Shown piece by piece: positions 14,801 through 29,995 of a stretch of 64,000 nucleotides of DNA; the first letter of the stretch is position 1, and the number at the start of each line of letters is the position of its first letter. The DNA lies in assembly GCF_009914755.1 (NCBI RefSeq), contig NC_060937.1; one strand, given 5' to 3'. The notes beneath the pieces are model-generated. The model did no database searches. It saw only the letters and a program-made list of their open reading frames with translations, and was not told where the DNA came from. A program made the position numbers and the translations under genes. This DNA comes from the human T2T-CHM13v2.0 reference genome, Homo sapiens.

Positions 14801-15579
14801 TGAAAATGACAGCTATGACTGTATTATCATCATCTTCCAGTTTACTCATTTCTATCTTGTAAATTCTTTTGCAGTTTCCATGTTTTTTCAATATCAAAAT
14901 ATATGTATTCCCTATGTATATTTCCTCACCACCACCCCCCCACAGTGGATGCATGACAAGATTTTAGATAATTCGAAACATAAGAAGTTATTTTAAATTT
15001 TGACGAAATAAGTCCCAAGTTCAAACCTTAGTTATTATTAACTACATTTGTGAACTGAGTCCCGTAAGCCTACTTTCACACCAACTGATTGATAATAAAA
15101 ACATTTCTCTACCTTTCAGAGACTATGATGAGGGTCTATGAGAAAGTACTTCTAAAAACACTAAAATACTATACAAGCATCAGTTTGGAAGGTAATTAGT
15201 ACACTGTGCTTGATGGTCTCCTGAAGATGCTATGATCCTTTTGGTCCTCCAACTTTAAGTATGTTGTTCCCTCTACCTGGAAAATTTCTATTGCCCTATC
15301 CTCACACTCCTCTTGATGATTAAAAAAAAAAAATCATCAGCTAAAGAGTAAGGCATGAGCCACCATGGCTTGCCAACAGATTTTTAAATAAAAATAAAGA
15401 GACTTTTTGGCTCTGTCTTGATGGAGCTTATAGTTTAGGTCTCAGCATAGATATCTTCTCTGGGAAACTTCTTGCCACCTACCCCTAATTAACACTGAAT
15501 CTAGGGCACCTTCTAAAAACTTCATCATTCCTCTACTAACACCAGCAATTGTTGAATAAAGAGAGAGCTATATTGAAAC

Positions 15580-16370
15580 TTCTACAAAGATGTCTGATAG
15601 GTAAGTGTCTCATGCTTAAAATGGCCATGAACGAACTACTGTTCTTCCTTCTTAAACCTGTTCTTCCAATCCTCGCCACTTCTGAAATGGCAACTTCATT
15701 CTTGTTCCTCAGGCTGAAAACTTTAGTATCATATTAATGTCATTTCTTTCTCTAATACCCCGTATATATTTGTGTAAGATCTATTCTGTCTATCTGCAAA
15801 ATATATCCAAGATATCACTCTCACCACCTCCACTACTACCTACCACCATCATCTTTTGGGTGATTATACTACAATAGTAACTACGAAATCCCATACTTCA
15901 AAACCAAAGTCCTCACTGTAGTGGCCTGCCATGGCTCATGTGATTTGTGCCCCATCTCTGCCTTCAGTTGTTCTCTGACATCATCTCTATTCATCTCCCT
16001 TCACTTACCACTTGCTGTCCATCAAACCACCTGGCATGATCCTATGACAGGACTTTTATACTTGCTGTTGCATTTGACTCTCATCTCCTATGAATCTTTC
16101 CTCACATCTTTGCTCATAAATCTATTTAAAATTACAACTCATAAACACAGACATTTCCTTCTTGCTACCCTGCTTTATGGTTCTACATAGCACGTACAAC
16201 TTTTAAAATTTCCATGTACTTTCCTTATTTATTTGGGCTGTCTTCCCCGTTTAAAATATAAGCCTATAAAGGTACAGACTTTGTCTCCTTTGTTTACTGC
16301 CACATATCCAGTGTTTAAAATGGTGCCAGGCAAGTAGGTGCTCAATAAAGATTTGTGTATTGAAAGGATT
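15580..16370 (+). mobile_element. L2 LINE 3' region
   Basis: Pyrimidine-rich L2 body ending in gtgccaggcaagtaggtgctcaataaagatttgtgtattgaa. Confidence 0.7.
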
Positions 16371-18964
16371 AAGACATTGGATATCTGAACAAATAGACAG
16401 TTAATACCAAATAAGAGGAACAGAAAATCTTGCTTAATCCAGTCTGTCAAGGATGAAGTACCCCATGGTACCTAAAGAGATCCTTGATCTCTTTAAGCAC
16501 CAAGACACCTAAAATTCTATCTGGATTACACACAATCTCAACTTCATAAATAGGATACACCGAAAATACTTTAGCCTTTGCTTGATGTCCTGGGCTCAAC
16601 CAAACATGACAAACAGTTTGAGTTCTGAATTTCAACAGTGACACCCTCGGGGCTTACTGAAGGATGTGAGACTGTTTCCATTTGAATCAAAAAGGACTTC
16701 TGGTATTTGTGATTCACCACTTCTCCACACTTCCTAACACACACACAGTTTTCTATCTTGCCTCCTCATTTTCAGATTGTTGATTGATAAATTGACAATA
16801 TGCCCTTTTTCAAATTTGCTACATCTAATCATGTAATCCATTATAGAATTTGACACCAGATAAATGTATTTGTTAAAATTATCTATAAATATTAAAGTAT
16901 ATAAACTCGAAGTGAGGAGAGTATACAAACAAGAAACAGCCTTATTGAAATTGAATTGATTATTAAATTTTTTCCTATTGCATTCTGAGTTCCATTATGT
17001 TCTGGATGACTTTGTGGCATACATTGTTTGCCTTCCAAGTAGATAAGTTTCGATACAGTTTACTAAAAAAAAAAAGTGCCTGGATTTTGTTTTTTATTTA
17101 TCCTTCAAATGAACAAAAAAATCCAAAAAACATATTTTGTACATTGATATATATATTAAATTCTATCATGTTATTTTTCCAAATAAAAATCTATTACTTT
17201 TCCTTCATTTCTGCCATTGCCACGGCCACTATTTCGCCTTTCCTAAATTTGTCAAATTTAAGAAGCTGTTAATTTTAAGATTATTTTAGGTACTTCGATG
17301 AAAGAAATAAAAACACTTCATTAAGCTATGTTATTTTATAGATTATAATACGCATATGAATTCTAAAGGTGTTTATACATAAAAAGTATTGGCATCTAAG
17401 AATCACTAAAATATGACGTGTACTTGATCGTTTTCATACATTAAGTGACTCACTCCGTTTTGTCACATGGTTTCCTTTGTGAATCACTTTTGACATTTTT
17501 CAACATCTCCAAAATTAAAGATAAAATATGAAAGTCCAACATTATTTTTTCCACAATTAAATTATTATAAACCAATTTGGGGTGAGCTTCAGTGGAATTA
17601 AAGATGATATATATTGGCATTTGTTTAAATCTCCTTTCTCGATAAATGGGTTCTATTTGAAAATGTTTGAAATACTTCCGGAAAAGTAATCGATATTGAT
17701 GTCCCTTTTCATTTTTTACTCATTTGGAAGAATATTTAAAAAGTCATATTAGTATGTACTTGGGGCAAATTTTCAACTAGTTAATTAAGACTGACTGCTT
17801 ATCCGCTCATTACAGTTTAAGTTCAAGATCACATTTTTTTCCGTGATAGTATTATTGACCTTTATTTTAGAATCAAAGGTTGATCTAACTGAATATTAAA
17901 TAATTCTAAATTAGATTTTCAAAAACCAAGTGATTGCATTAATGTTATAACAGTCTTGTTGATTAATTTTGCTGGATATATTTATTTCTGGTAGGCAACA
18001 GATTTCTATCTATTAAAAAACTGGAAGGAATTTTATTGTTGCTTAATGTTTTGATTCAATAAAGGAAAAGTAGAAACTATTGATACTAAAAACTTGTGAA
18101 CATTCTTTCCTATAGAAGCAATACCAGATTGATACTAGCAGATGGTTTAGCTTTACAAATTTAGTGATTTTCTTTTAATCCAGCTAATACGTTGGAAAAA
18201 ATATTCTCAGTAGCTTCCAGCCTTCAATACTAAAGTGAATCCAAAATGGGCATAGAAGTCATTTCTGAGTTGTGAATATTGGCAAATCTTTTCCTACTCT
18301 AAATCAGTAGTGGAAGATTAAAATACCAAGCATTTTAATAATAGATCAGTGAATTTTTAACACTACTGAATACCTCAACAGAAAAAAAATTACTCAATTT
18401 CCAAGAAAGTTTGAGAAAGGAAAGTTCATTTATAATCTCAATGCAAAGAGAGTCCCTGTGCACATGTGATATAATCTTTTTCATATTTAGCACTGTAATG
18501 AGTTTTTCAATAATTTCTAGAATGACCACTTTCATAGGAAATAAGTGAGCTGGATTAAGATTATGTTCTTTGCATTTAGCATACATGAGTTAAACATATA
18601 TGTAAACTTGTACATCTGCACACACATGTTGTATGCATTTGTGCCAAAACACACAACTAAATTTCTGACTCTGTTAAAGGTAATTAAAATAGTGATTTTT
18701 TTAAAAAAGCCATTTTCAAACTCCCAGTTCATGCCTCCTAGTAACCTGTTTTCATTACTACCTTCACAGTATAGAACTTTTACATTCACATTTGAAAGTT
18801 TTCTGGATAATAGTTAAGTGGGAATTAATAATAAATTAGAGAATATTTCGGTCATAATTATTTAAATGGGAACAAGAGCATGTCTGTTTATAAAACATCC
18901 AAATAATATGTGTATAATAGTATGTGAAAAGCTTTTAGTTCTAGTGAAGTGGACATCATGATCT

Positions 18965-19085
18965 CTATTTTACAGAAGAGGCAATTAAGCCCCAGACATG
19001 TTAAATGATTGCCAAAGTTACACAGCTATGAAGTGGAAGAACAAGATCTTAAGCACATGCCTTTTCTATCACACTATCTGCCACC
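18965..19085 (-). mobile_element. MIR SINE fragment
   Basis: attttacagaagaggcaattaagcccagacatgttaaatgattgccaaagttacacagct. Confidence 0.65.
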
Positions 19086-19970
19086 CAGAAGTCAGCTATT
19101 TGAAATATACATGTCTGACACAGTGACCAGTGTAGAATAAGAACTCTTACATGGGAGCCAAGGACTTCCAGAAGCTCCAAGGATGGGTGTAGGATTATCT
19201 GATTCCCCTGAAATTTATGCTGAAAAAAAGGTGTGCATGTGCATGTTGATAACACCAGGGTTCACAATTTTTATTCAACTGTTAAAAAGCTCTGTGAGCA
19301 AAGCAAGAATAAGAACCGAAAACTGTAGAGGAGGGCAAAGAAAGAATGAGAATGAGAACACAACATCCAATTCTACATTTTCTGACTATAAAAGTACAAT
19401 TAGAATATAAAAATAAATGACAAATAAAAATTGCCTCTAATCCCAACATTCAAATGTTTTGGTATATTTTTCCAGTTTTTTAGAACGTTATTTTACATAC
19501 AAATTTGCTATCATATTTTTGGCCCAGGTTGGTGACTGAGAAGACACAAATGCAGTAAAAGCCAGTGCATCAAAGACCATACACTTTAATTATATGACCT
19601 GAAAGCGTACCAGGGACTACATATTCTACATTCTTCCAAAAACTCTCTACAACTAAGAGGGCACTTCCTCCTGCAGGTTCTGCAGGCTCTAATCTCTGGG
19701 GACAACTGGTACTTCAGTGTGCAGGGTTTCAGAAAGTCTAGTTAAATACCGGAAGCCTTCAGGTTCTGGCAAAGTTGCTATTAATCTGCCTCTGATCTTG
19801 TAATCTACTTCTAAAAGATGCAAGTGAAAGTAATTTCCAAAGTGCATGCATGTAGGAAATGTTATAATTTTAAATTAATGCCTTATTCCTGAGCCTAGTT
19901 TCTACTTTGTATGTAACTGCTAAAAATATAGATCTTAAATTATTCCCGAGTCTTTCTCAGTAACCTACAG

Positions 19971-20444
19971 TGTAAGTTTCATATTGCTTCTGTAACAAAT
20001 TAGCATAAACTTAGTTGCTTTTAAAAATACACATTTATTCTCTTCCAGTTCTGCAGGTAGACAGTCCCAAATCAATCTCACTGGATTTAAGTCATGATGT
20101 CTGCAGAGCCTTCTGGAGGCTTTGAGAGAAGAATCCATTTCCCTGCTGCTTTTTGTTTGTTTAATCTTCCAGAGGCCACCTGCCTTCCTGGCTCACAGAC
20201 CATGTCTTGCATCTTGCTTCCATTGTCACATTTCCTACTACTGACTCTGATCCTCCTGCCTCCCTCTTCAAGATCCTAGTGATTTCACTGGGCCCACCCA
20301 ATAATCCAGGGGAATCTCCCCATCCCAGGATCCTTAACTTAATCACATCTGCAAAATCGTGTAAACTGACGTATTCACATACTCACAAGTTGCAGGGATA
20401 AGGATATGGGCACCTTGGGGGAGGCAATCATTCTGTCTACCACA
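19971..20444 (-). mobile_element. MaLR solo LTR (MLT1 family)
   Basis: ttgcttctgtaacaaattagcataaacttag...catttattctcttccagttctg ... taatcacatctgcaaaatc ... ctaccaca termini. Confidence 0.8.
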
Positions 20445-22647
20445 CCTACCCTGTATCCAAAACACACAGAAACAGAATCCTTCCTAGCCTTTGACACTTA
20501 CCCACGCCCCTCTGATGGACAGAATAGCTGCTTCCAAATACCAGTTTTTAAATGAGAGTCCGGTTTCCTACCAACATAATTTTTTAAACACCAGCAGCTG
20601 TTTACTCGATTGAATCTCTAATGATTGCCTGCTCCTGCTTCCTAGGCTGCTTTACTCCCCTGCTCAGTGTTACCTGTTATCATTTGCTGGACCGCTCCAG
20701 TACCACCTGCTTACCTGAATTTCTTATAACTTTAATTATTGCATCGCTCAGAAAAAAACGTACAGCAATTCTCAGTGATTGTGGAGACAGGACCATTAGG
20801 CTCCCCAGTGAATTGTGAGAATGCATTTTTCTAAGCCCCACATAAATCCATGAAGAATTTAATTTCTTGAGTTTATAACATGCCTTTCATGAGATTTAAG
20901 GCCATAGAATCTAGCTAAATAAAACTAAAGCTAGACATGTGATGCTTTACAAAATGAGATTTGGGGCCTAAGGCTATTGCCAAATGAAGGAAATACATTC
21001 TGCAAGTCTTTTTTCCCCATTCCACTTTCATTTTTATATAGCTGTAGGGGAAGTAGATAATTGGTCTTTCCTTTTAGAAATTTAGATGAACTCCTTAGGT
21101 AAGAATTTGCCTTAACCGTATAGGTTGACACTGACTGCAAATGGAAAGGTGCCATTTATGCAAAAGATTTTTAAAGAAATCAGAAATATTTCCTGAAGCT
21201 TTATGCGGACAGAGGAAGAGGAACCTCAGGAAAAAGAATTATTTCAGAGAGAACATCATGGATATTTTTAAATAAACAAGTTTTAGAGCCCCGAGACAAG
21301 CCCTGCTCACCACATTTTTCTTTGCTCACTCCTTCACCCCTTTTGGCCTTTTTGTGTTGTTTCTCTCTGTACCCTCCTCTGAGGTCCTACAGAGATTTGA
21401 AACTGGCTTTCAGGGATGAGGGTACCCAATGGTTAAAAGAAGGCTTTGGCTGTGAGTCAGGAATAGCGGCCATTGCACTTGACAGGTTTTGTTTTATATG
21501 TATTGTATATATACATAAAATATTTGAAAGCACCAAGACATATCAGCAAATGAATCTCTCCCCGACAGGGAGGGATAAACTGTCCAAACACAAATTTTTC
21601 CCCAAGACACCTAATCGATGCAGTCAGCTGTGCTCAGGAGAGGCCTGCACTGGCCATGCTCACAGGCTTGTGTTCATTTCTCCATGAAATGGGCTTCGTG
21701 ATCCTCTCAAGAGATTTAGTTCTAGCAGGACAAGTTTCAGATTCATTTATGTCATGGGTATTTGAGTACAGATAGGAGACAGCAGTTTTACATATTTGTA
21801 CTGTACAAAGTTTAGATCTGAGCCCTTGTTGCCCTGCTGCAAGAGTCAAAGCTGATACTCAAATACTCTAATTCCCAGCTCTTTGTCATAGGTTTCATTT
21901 CCAGGACCGGGAGTTGCCCCTTTCTGGCCTCTTTGAAGGGTCATTCTACCCTCGGTGAGTCAACGATGTGCACAGGCTCCCAGCTTCCCTGCCTCTCCGG
22001 GGATCATTTCTTTGACTCCTACACACTCCTGGCTTTCCCAACACACAGCTCCTGATCAGAGGGGCTCCACCTCCCCAGAGCCTGGAGCAGTGCCTGACCC
22101 ACCACAGGTGCTCAGTCAGTGTTTGTCAAAGGGAGGATGAGACTCAGACAGGAATAGTCCCAGGTTCTGGACTGTTCCTGATGTCTTTAATCCTCCTCCC
22201 AACGGTAAGACACATATGCCCTCCGTCCCGTTTCCCTCTTTCATCCCCGGTGACACTAGAACTTTTCAAAATATCTAAAAAAAATAGTCCCTCTCTAGAA
22301 GAAGCTACTTTTACTCTTGAAGCACTAAAAGAGGCCCTGTGGGCAGAGGCTTGTGGAGTTCTGGATGACCACGAGCTGGACACTCTGCATGTGGAAGGAA
22401 GTGGAAGGTCTGCTGCCCAGGAGATTTTCCTAACATTTTAATAAAAGGGAATGGCATATGCAAAGGAAAAGGAAGAAAGTCAACCAAATGCAGGCTTTCG
22501 GCTTCATTGATAATAATGAGTCTGAAAATAAAGACACTTTTTAGTACATATTAACATAATCGAGGACCATTTTTTATTCAAATCACTGAAAACTAATACA
22601 ACTTGAATTTTTTAATAGTATACTTAAAACATTCTAAACTTGCTGTG

Positions 22648-22675
22648 GTGTGTGTGTGTGTGTGTGTGTGTGTGT
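22648..22675. repeat. (TG)n microsatellite
   Basis: About 14 TG units. Confidence 0.95.
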
Positions 22676-22798
22676 AGTTTTTGCTAACTTCAATCAACAG
22701 GGAAAGTCACTGAGCACAGGATATTTTCATATTATATTTCTCAATTTTATTCGTTTATGGCTTTGAACTGAAATCTTACTGTTATCTTATTTTCCCTA

Positions 22799-22840
22799 TT
22801 TTTTTTTGAGACAGAGTCCCACTCTGTTGCCAGGCTGAAG
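22799..22840 (-). mobile_element. Very short Alu 3'-end fragment, adjoining a MIR fragment (about 22880-22980)
   Basis: T-run followed by gagacagagtcccactctgttgccaggctg. Confidence 0.6.
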
Positions 22841-25800
22841 GTTAGAACAAGAAGTAGCCTTAGAGATGATTTAAAACTAATAATCCCATTTTACTGATCA
22901 ACACACTGAGGCCCATGGAGGTTAGGTAATTTGCTAAGCTCACGGCTAACTGGCAGCAGCTCTCAGCCTGATTTCTCTTCTCCTGATGTGGTGTGCCAGG
23001 ACCTCTCCATCACAGCTCTGTACTTCTCAGAAGGCCTTGGCTACAATGCAGAAGAGTGGCCATTATACTCTCTCCAGAGCATTTCTGGAACATGGCTATC
23101 TCTCTTTTCTTGTTAAGCACAGTCCATTTTTTTTTTCTATGCAGCTATACATACTATTATTAAATGCTCTGAGTTGGATATGAATTACTGCCTCCAATGT
23201 TTGCAAAATAGGCCTCGCTTGGACAATATATTCATAAAAACATAATTTTCAGAAAGGTTTACCTCTTGGTTTATATGATCAACCTTTATTTATCATCAAA
23301 TAATTCATTACATTAATGCGTCTATTGAGCGCTAACTCTGCACCACTGTACTTGACCCGGCATTCAGGCATCTCCCCTTGAGTGGCTCAGAATATAGCGG
23401 GGAAGATGTTGACATAGGCGCTTGTGCCTAAGTGTCTCAGATGCTGGGTGTGAAGCACGTGCAAGAACAGTGGAAAGAGTCAGCTCCACCTGGTATGGGT
23501 TGGGAAAGGTCTCATGGAAACAGTAACACCTGGAGCTGAGATTAAAAAGATGGGAGATAGTCACCAGCTAGTCAAGGTGGGTATGGGGATTGCAGTCAGA
23601 AAATGTCAAAATAGAGGAACCCTGAGTTACAGGCACAGCCTAATCTGTGAAGGTAAGCGGAAGCAGCCTAATCTGTGTCAGGGGAAAAGGATACAAAAAG
23701 CCTGTCAGTGACGAAATTAGGAATTTTGTATGTCACTGGGGACATTCACACCAGCTGTAGAACCAGCTGAGGTAATAAACATTAAATAATATTCATGAAG
23801 AGCTATTTTCCACATAGGTTTGCAGTAGACCCACTCAATTACCTGGGCGTTGTCACGTCATCTGACTATTTTCATGCTGACCTCTTCCCATGCTTTTCTA
23901 TTAATGTGTGAGACATGGTCATTGGACTTAAAAATGTACACATTATATGGCATCTTTATTTATATGTGTTATATATCATTAAATATATACATATATGCAC
24001 ATATATACATGCACACATTCACATAAAATAGACTGAAGTATAAACAGTGTTTATCAGTAGGTGGTGGGTTGTAGCCCTTTATGTTTTTTATTCTTTGCAC
24101 TTTTCCCTGACTTTTCACAAGGAGCATGTGCAACTTGCATAATCATAGAAGGATGACTTTGTTTTTAATATAGGTGTTCATTTAGTAAAGAGAAAAAAGG
24201 GGCAACACATACATAAAGGAAAAAGTCTGTAGCTGTGGAGCAAGCTGTGGATATCCACTAGCTGATTAGAGGGCTTTACTTCCAAATTTTAATTCATCCC
24301 ATTACTCGTTTTAACGTGAGAGCTTATTCTATTTATATCAAAAGGCTTGCATTTCTAATTCTTAAACATCAAATTTTTTCCCTTCCCTTCCTGTTTTCAA
24401 AGACATGAAATAGTTCTGTTCCAATAAGACACTTGAAAAAACAAACCAAATGAGAAACCCAACAAAAACAACAACAAAACATTTTTCCTTGAAAAATCAA
24501 GGTTGCAAATCTCAGAGGCAACTTCAGTATAGCTTTTTAGAGAAATATTGAGAGTATTTACAAGGTCTTATGTCAAAAAGAGCCAAATTAATTTCCTGCA
24601 TTAAAATATTGCTCTCTTTATGGTCATACCTTGGCTCCTGGGTAAACATACTTCATTGTATTTATAGCACACTCATGTCCCCATATCCTAGTGTTAATAC
24701 TGTATTGATAAACACAGAAATGAATCTCAGCCACTGGAATGCTCCATTTTCATAACATTCCTTATGTGGTTACACAATCATTCAGCGATTTTCTTTTTAG
24801 CCTAGAGGGACTCAGTCAGTTGCAAAGTTTTTTCCATCAACTTTCCTTGGCTACTTGGTATGAACAGTTTAATTTCATTTTCTTCACAGACGAAAAGTAT
24901 TTTACACTGTAACAATCCTTGCATATCATTGTAGATTCAAACATGCTCACTCACACACACACTCACACACAGAGTTAAACTAATACTGCTAATCCCTCTA
25001 GGTATGTCAAGGAAAATAAAAATATCTGCTTCCATATAGAGTTCCAGAGGCTAGTTTGTTAAATCCACATTTATTCTTCTGCTCAAAAGTTTAGTAGGAA
25101 GGGGACTTACAATCATCTGGTCCTACAGTGTTCTAACAGCCCTGTAAAGAGAATGCCTGTTTTCCACTTAGACGGTCCAACAAGTTAGAGTCCAACAAAT
25201 TTACCCCTCTCCTTTTTTGAGATGGCTTGTGTTTTAGCATGCCCTTCTCAGAATTGGCCCCAAAGCCTGGTTTTCTAAAATGTCCAGTCATCTTTCACTT
25301 ATTGCCCATCGGAACAAAATATTTATCCTTCTTCCATATGATGGTCTTTAAATATTTTATGACAAAACCTACCCTATTTATTTCTGTCCCTTTAGTTTCA
25401 GGAGACCTCACTGACGTTGACCCACCCAGGAGAGCTATTGCTGAGATCAAACGAACCCTGTAGGTTTTTTCTGCTTGTCTCTGGAATGCAAAGGCGCCCT
25501 TCCCATCCTCTTCATTCTCCCTGGTCCTGGCTTCCCAGCTCCTTCCATTCTCCCTCACGCTGTCTCAGTTCCAAGTCTTCACTCATTTCACTGTCTCTTG
25601 GTTTTTCACCAGCAATTTAGTTAGTAGTTTGCATTTGCTTTCTTTGGCACTTCTTCAGAATACACATTTTGATGCTCTCTTTAGTCACAACACCAAGAGA
25701 CTTCACAATGAGGCTGCAATTATCTCAATTCTCTGAAAACCTTAGGACTGGATGCTCCCCTCTCTCCTCCTCCACCATGTCTGAAAGGCATGAGAGATTT

Positions 25801-26499
25801 TCAGCTTCCCTGAGTCAGGGACTTTGTTTTGTTCACTGTGCATCCAGTCTACCCTCAGCGGCTAGCACTGTGCTTGGCCCACAGAAGCAATTCAATGAAC
25901 AGCTGTTAAGAGTAACTTTGAAAGGTTGGTTTCCTCCGGGTGAGCCGGACAGGACACTGATGCCCACGTGAAAGCCTCACATCAGAAATGCACACCACAG
26001 AGAAAATGGAATAAGTACTTCAGCGGATCTGTACCTCGCAAAGCACCTGAAGAACGCGATTGACCCATTTTAAACTTCCTACATGTCACTCCTAAGTCTT
26101 CTTCACCACATTTCCTATTAGAAATTAGTTTATTATTTGAATCCAGCAGAGCTCCAAAGAGCTGCCTATTGGAATCAAATAGGACACTTCTAAAAGGTTC
26201 TCTGGGGATGGGTGTGTCTTGGTTATAAGAACTTTCCCTAAAAGCTCTCCAAGATCAATGCCAAATATTAAGATATTATATAAATGATCAGGGATTCCAT
26301 TAAAATTAAGGCAATATCTTTTCAAAGATTTTGTGGAAACGCATTTCTTTCATATGCTGACCTGCAGCCTTGCTCTGCAATTTTCCTTTTAGTTTGTACA
26401 AAACAGAGTTCTTTAGTGGAAGACAGTCTTGCCTTTATTTTGAGCCCACAGGAAAAGGTGTATGGCGTTCTTTTCATTGCTTTTTAAAAATAAATTCCA

Positions 26500-26913
<414 letters not shown>

Positions 26914-27529
26914 TTAGGAGATAGGCAAGTTTCCTAAAATGAAGTTATCTGTCAGTCGGTTGCCCCTACACACTTTTGATAAATCCCTCTCCCTTTTAAA
27001 ATTACAGTAAAAAAAAAAAAAAAAAAAGCACTGAGAAAAAATTATGAGGACAAGAAGCAGGTTCTGAAATCCCAGGCCAAGATATATTTGGCTTTAGTGT
27101 TTAACACGGTGGACAAGTTTAGAAAGATAAAAACCCAATTCAATGAATTTTGAGATCAAAATTGATGAGATGGGAGATAGCAGCTGAGGGGAAAATGGAA
27201 ACAGCTAACGAGCTACAGTGATGTCCTGAAGTCCTATTTCTTCCTAGGTGTGTTTCTTTTTAAAATAATCTATTTTTGTCATAATTTTTCACTCTATTCA
27301 TCTCCATCTTTCTTACTTGATCATAATATGAAGATGACTGAATTAATTTCAGTAAAGTTAGTGATATTTTATATATTCTGTTCTTAATATTTTAAAAACT
27401 TAGTTTAACTATTTTTATCCGTCAAAACAAGTTCAAACAAATCCATTAAAACTAACCAAAGTTATCGATATCCCTTTTCTTGGCCTCTTTGCATGTGTTT
27501 GCAGACATTCTGTGTCTAACTCTAACTCC

Positions 27530-27587
27530 CATTTGTTCTATGAATAATGGGAGGTTAGAGGTTCTTCCATTATTCATAGAACAAATG
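27530..27587. repeat. Perfect 21-bp inverted repeat with 16-nt spacer
   Basis: catttgttctatgaataatgg (27530-27550) is the exact reverse complement of ccattattcatagaacaaatg (27567-27587). Confidence 0.95.
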
Positions 27588-27693
27588 CTTTGAGAGCAAT
27601 AAATAAGAAGTTATCCGGTACAAGATTTGCTAACTGTCTTTGTGAATTTCTGTTGAATTCTACAGAATTACTGTTATTAATAATGTATTGGTA

Positions 27694-28008
<315 letters not shown>

Positions 28009-28459
28009 ATAATGTATTGGTATATTTAATCTGTCTTAAATTTTACATATTACTCTTTCTTACATTAATTTAGATAACCAAATATTACTCTAAATATTAT
28101 TGCTCATATGTATATATATTTGACAAATAATACTTTATATATGTGTGACTGTGTATGTTTTATATATGTATACACACATATATATATACATGTATGTATA
28201 TGTATAATTCAGAGCAGGAAACAAATTTTAACACAATTTCTTTTGGATTGTCCTTGTTGGCAGAGGATAAAACTATCAACTCTTGTATTCAATTTGGTTA
28301 ATATTTTTAAGTGATGACTTTTCTTCCTAGCAAGAAAATAATGGGAAGATAAGAAACATTTAAATGATTTGGTAAACAAGTGTGGTTGTTGCTAAATTAG
28401 AAAGCAGTCTGCAAGATGCAGCGGCAGGTGAAGGCAGCTGATTCTTCAAAGCACAACAG

Positions 28460-28860
28460 AAACGAACCAAATGTCATCTGTAGAATGCAAAACAAAGTGG
28501 TATATTCGTACATTTTAGTACTACCTATCAGTAAAGAAAGCCCAAATCACTGGTATACCAGTAACAAGAATAAACTTCCACATCATTATGTTGAGCAGTT
28601 AAGAAGCCAGACACAAAAGAGCACAATCGTGATTCCATTTTAAAAAATGGAATGTGGTATCTATAGATATCAGAAGAATTTTTGTCTCTGAGGTGGGAGA
28701 TTGACTGGAAAGCATCAAGAGGCAACTTTTTGGGGTGCTGGAAATATTATTTGCCTTGATATGGGCAATGGTTACAGGGATTACACATTTGTCAAAATTC
28801 ATCGATATGTTTACCTAAGTTATTTACTTTGTATATGTTAGACCTCAATAAAGTGCTATT
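28460..28860 (+). mobile_element. Old L1M (L1MC/ME-type) 3' end
   Basis: aaacaaagtggtatattcgtac ... aagaagccagacacaaaagagcaca ... gtcaaaattcatc ... cctcaataaag. Confidence 0.7.
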
Positions 28861-29633
28861 CAAAATAAACAAATAAGAACATTAATTCAAATGAACATCA
28901 GAAAAACCCATTAACTGAAATGAAGCATCAATCCCATGCACAATTTTAGGGCATGCAGATTCTCTGAAAGTCCAAATGCCCCTCACTCTACACTGCCATT
29001 TTCTATACATGAAGACCCCCTGATGGTTGGTGGAGATTGGGAGAATGGAATGTTCTACTGCTGCAGACTGTCTGCCGGGTGAGTATTTCCATGGTTCCCA
29101 CTGTTACAAAGGAAACTCAATTCTATTTTTTTAATATTGTTCAGTGAGGACACTTAATATGAGATGTACCCTCTTAACAGATTTTCACGTGTATAATACA
29201 GTGTTGTTATCTACAGACACGATATTGTACATATTGTATTGGCTCCTAGAACTTTTTCATCTTGCATAACTTGTTTTAGGCTCACTGAGATACAAAAGGA
29301 GATTGTGGAGCTACAGATACAGTACACTGAACTCAAAGAAAGAAAAGTAGGGCAATTATTTACAAGAATACATTTTAATAAAATATTTCTTACTAAAGTT
29401 GAAATAATAAAGGAAATCTCATCATTTCCTGAAATGAGGCTTAGGCCAATGTAAGCAAGCTGATGTGAGAGCAGTATCCTCCTTTCTGCCCCTTCAGGGC
29501 TACATCCAGCAGCTGCTTGGGGCCCCTAGAATCCACTGTTGAGTCCTCACTAACCAGGCAATTTTGGCTTCTCACATTCTGCTGACAGAGCAGCTAGGTG
29601 CTTCTTGGTCCTGATTCTCAAGCTGACCCCAAC

Positions 29634-29995
29634 TGCTATGGTTTGGCTGTGTTCCTGCCCACATCTCACCTTGAATTGCAGTTCCCATAATCCCCTGTGT
29701 CATGGGAAAAACAGGTGGGGAGTGATTGGATCATGAGAGCGGTTTCTCCCATGCTGTTCTCATGATAGTCAGTGAGTTCACATGAGATCTGATGGTTTTA
29801 TAAGTGTCTGGCATTTCCCCTGCTTGCACTCATTCTCTTTCCTGCTGCCCTGTGAAGAGGTGCCTTCCACTATGATTGTAAGCTTTCTGAGGCCTCCCCA
29901 GCCATGCGGAACCATGAGTCAATTAAACCTCTTTCCTTTATAAATTACCCAGTGTCAGGTATTTTTTCACAGCAGCATGAGAACGGACTAATATA
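29634..29995 (+). mobile_element. THE1 (MaLR) solo LTR
   Basis: tgctatggtttggctgtg ... gtcaattaaacctctttcctttataaattacccagt ... ggactaatata. 5-bp TSD ccaac at 29629-29633 and 29996-30000. Confidence 0.93.

Noticed and set aside
15350-15375. aggcatgagccaccatggcttgcc Alu-like snippet
   Set aside because: Only about 25 bp, with no supporting tail or TSD to define an element.
20705-20730. Minus-strand CAG|GTAAGC as a recursive splice site
   Set aside because: No convincing polypyrimidine tract upstream on the sense strand.
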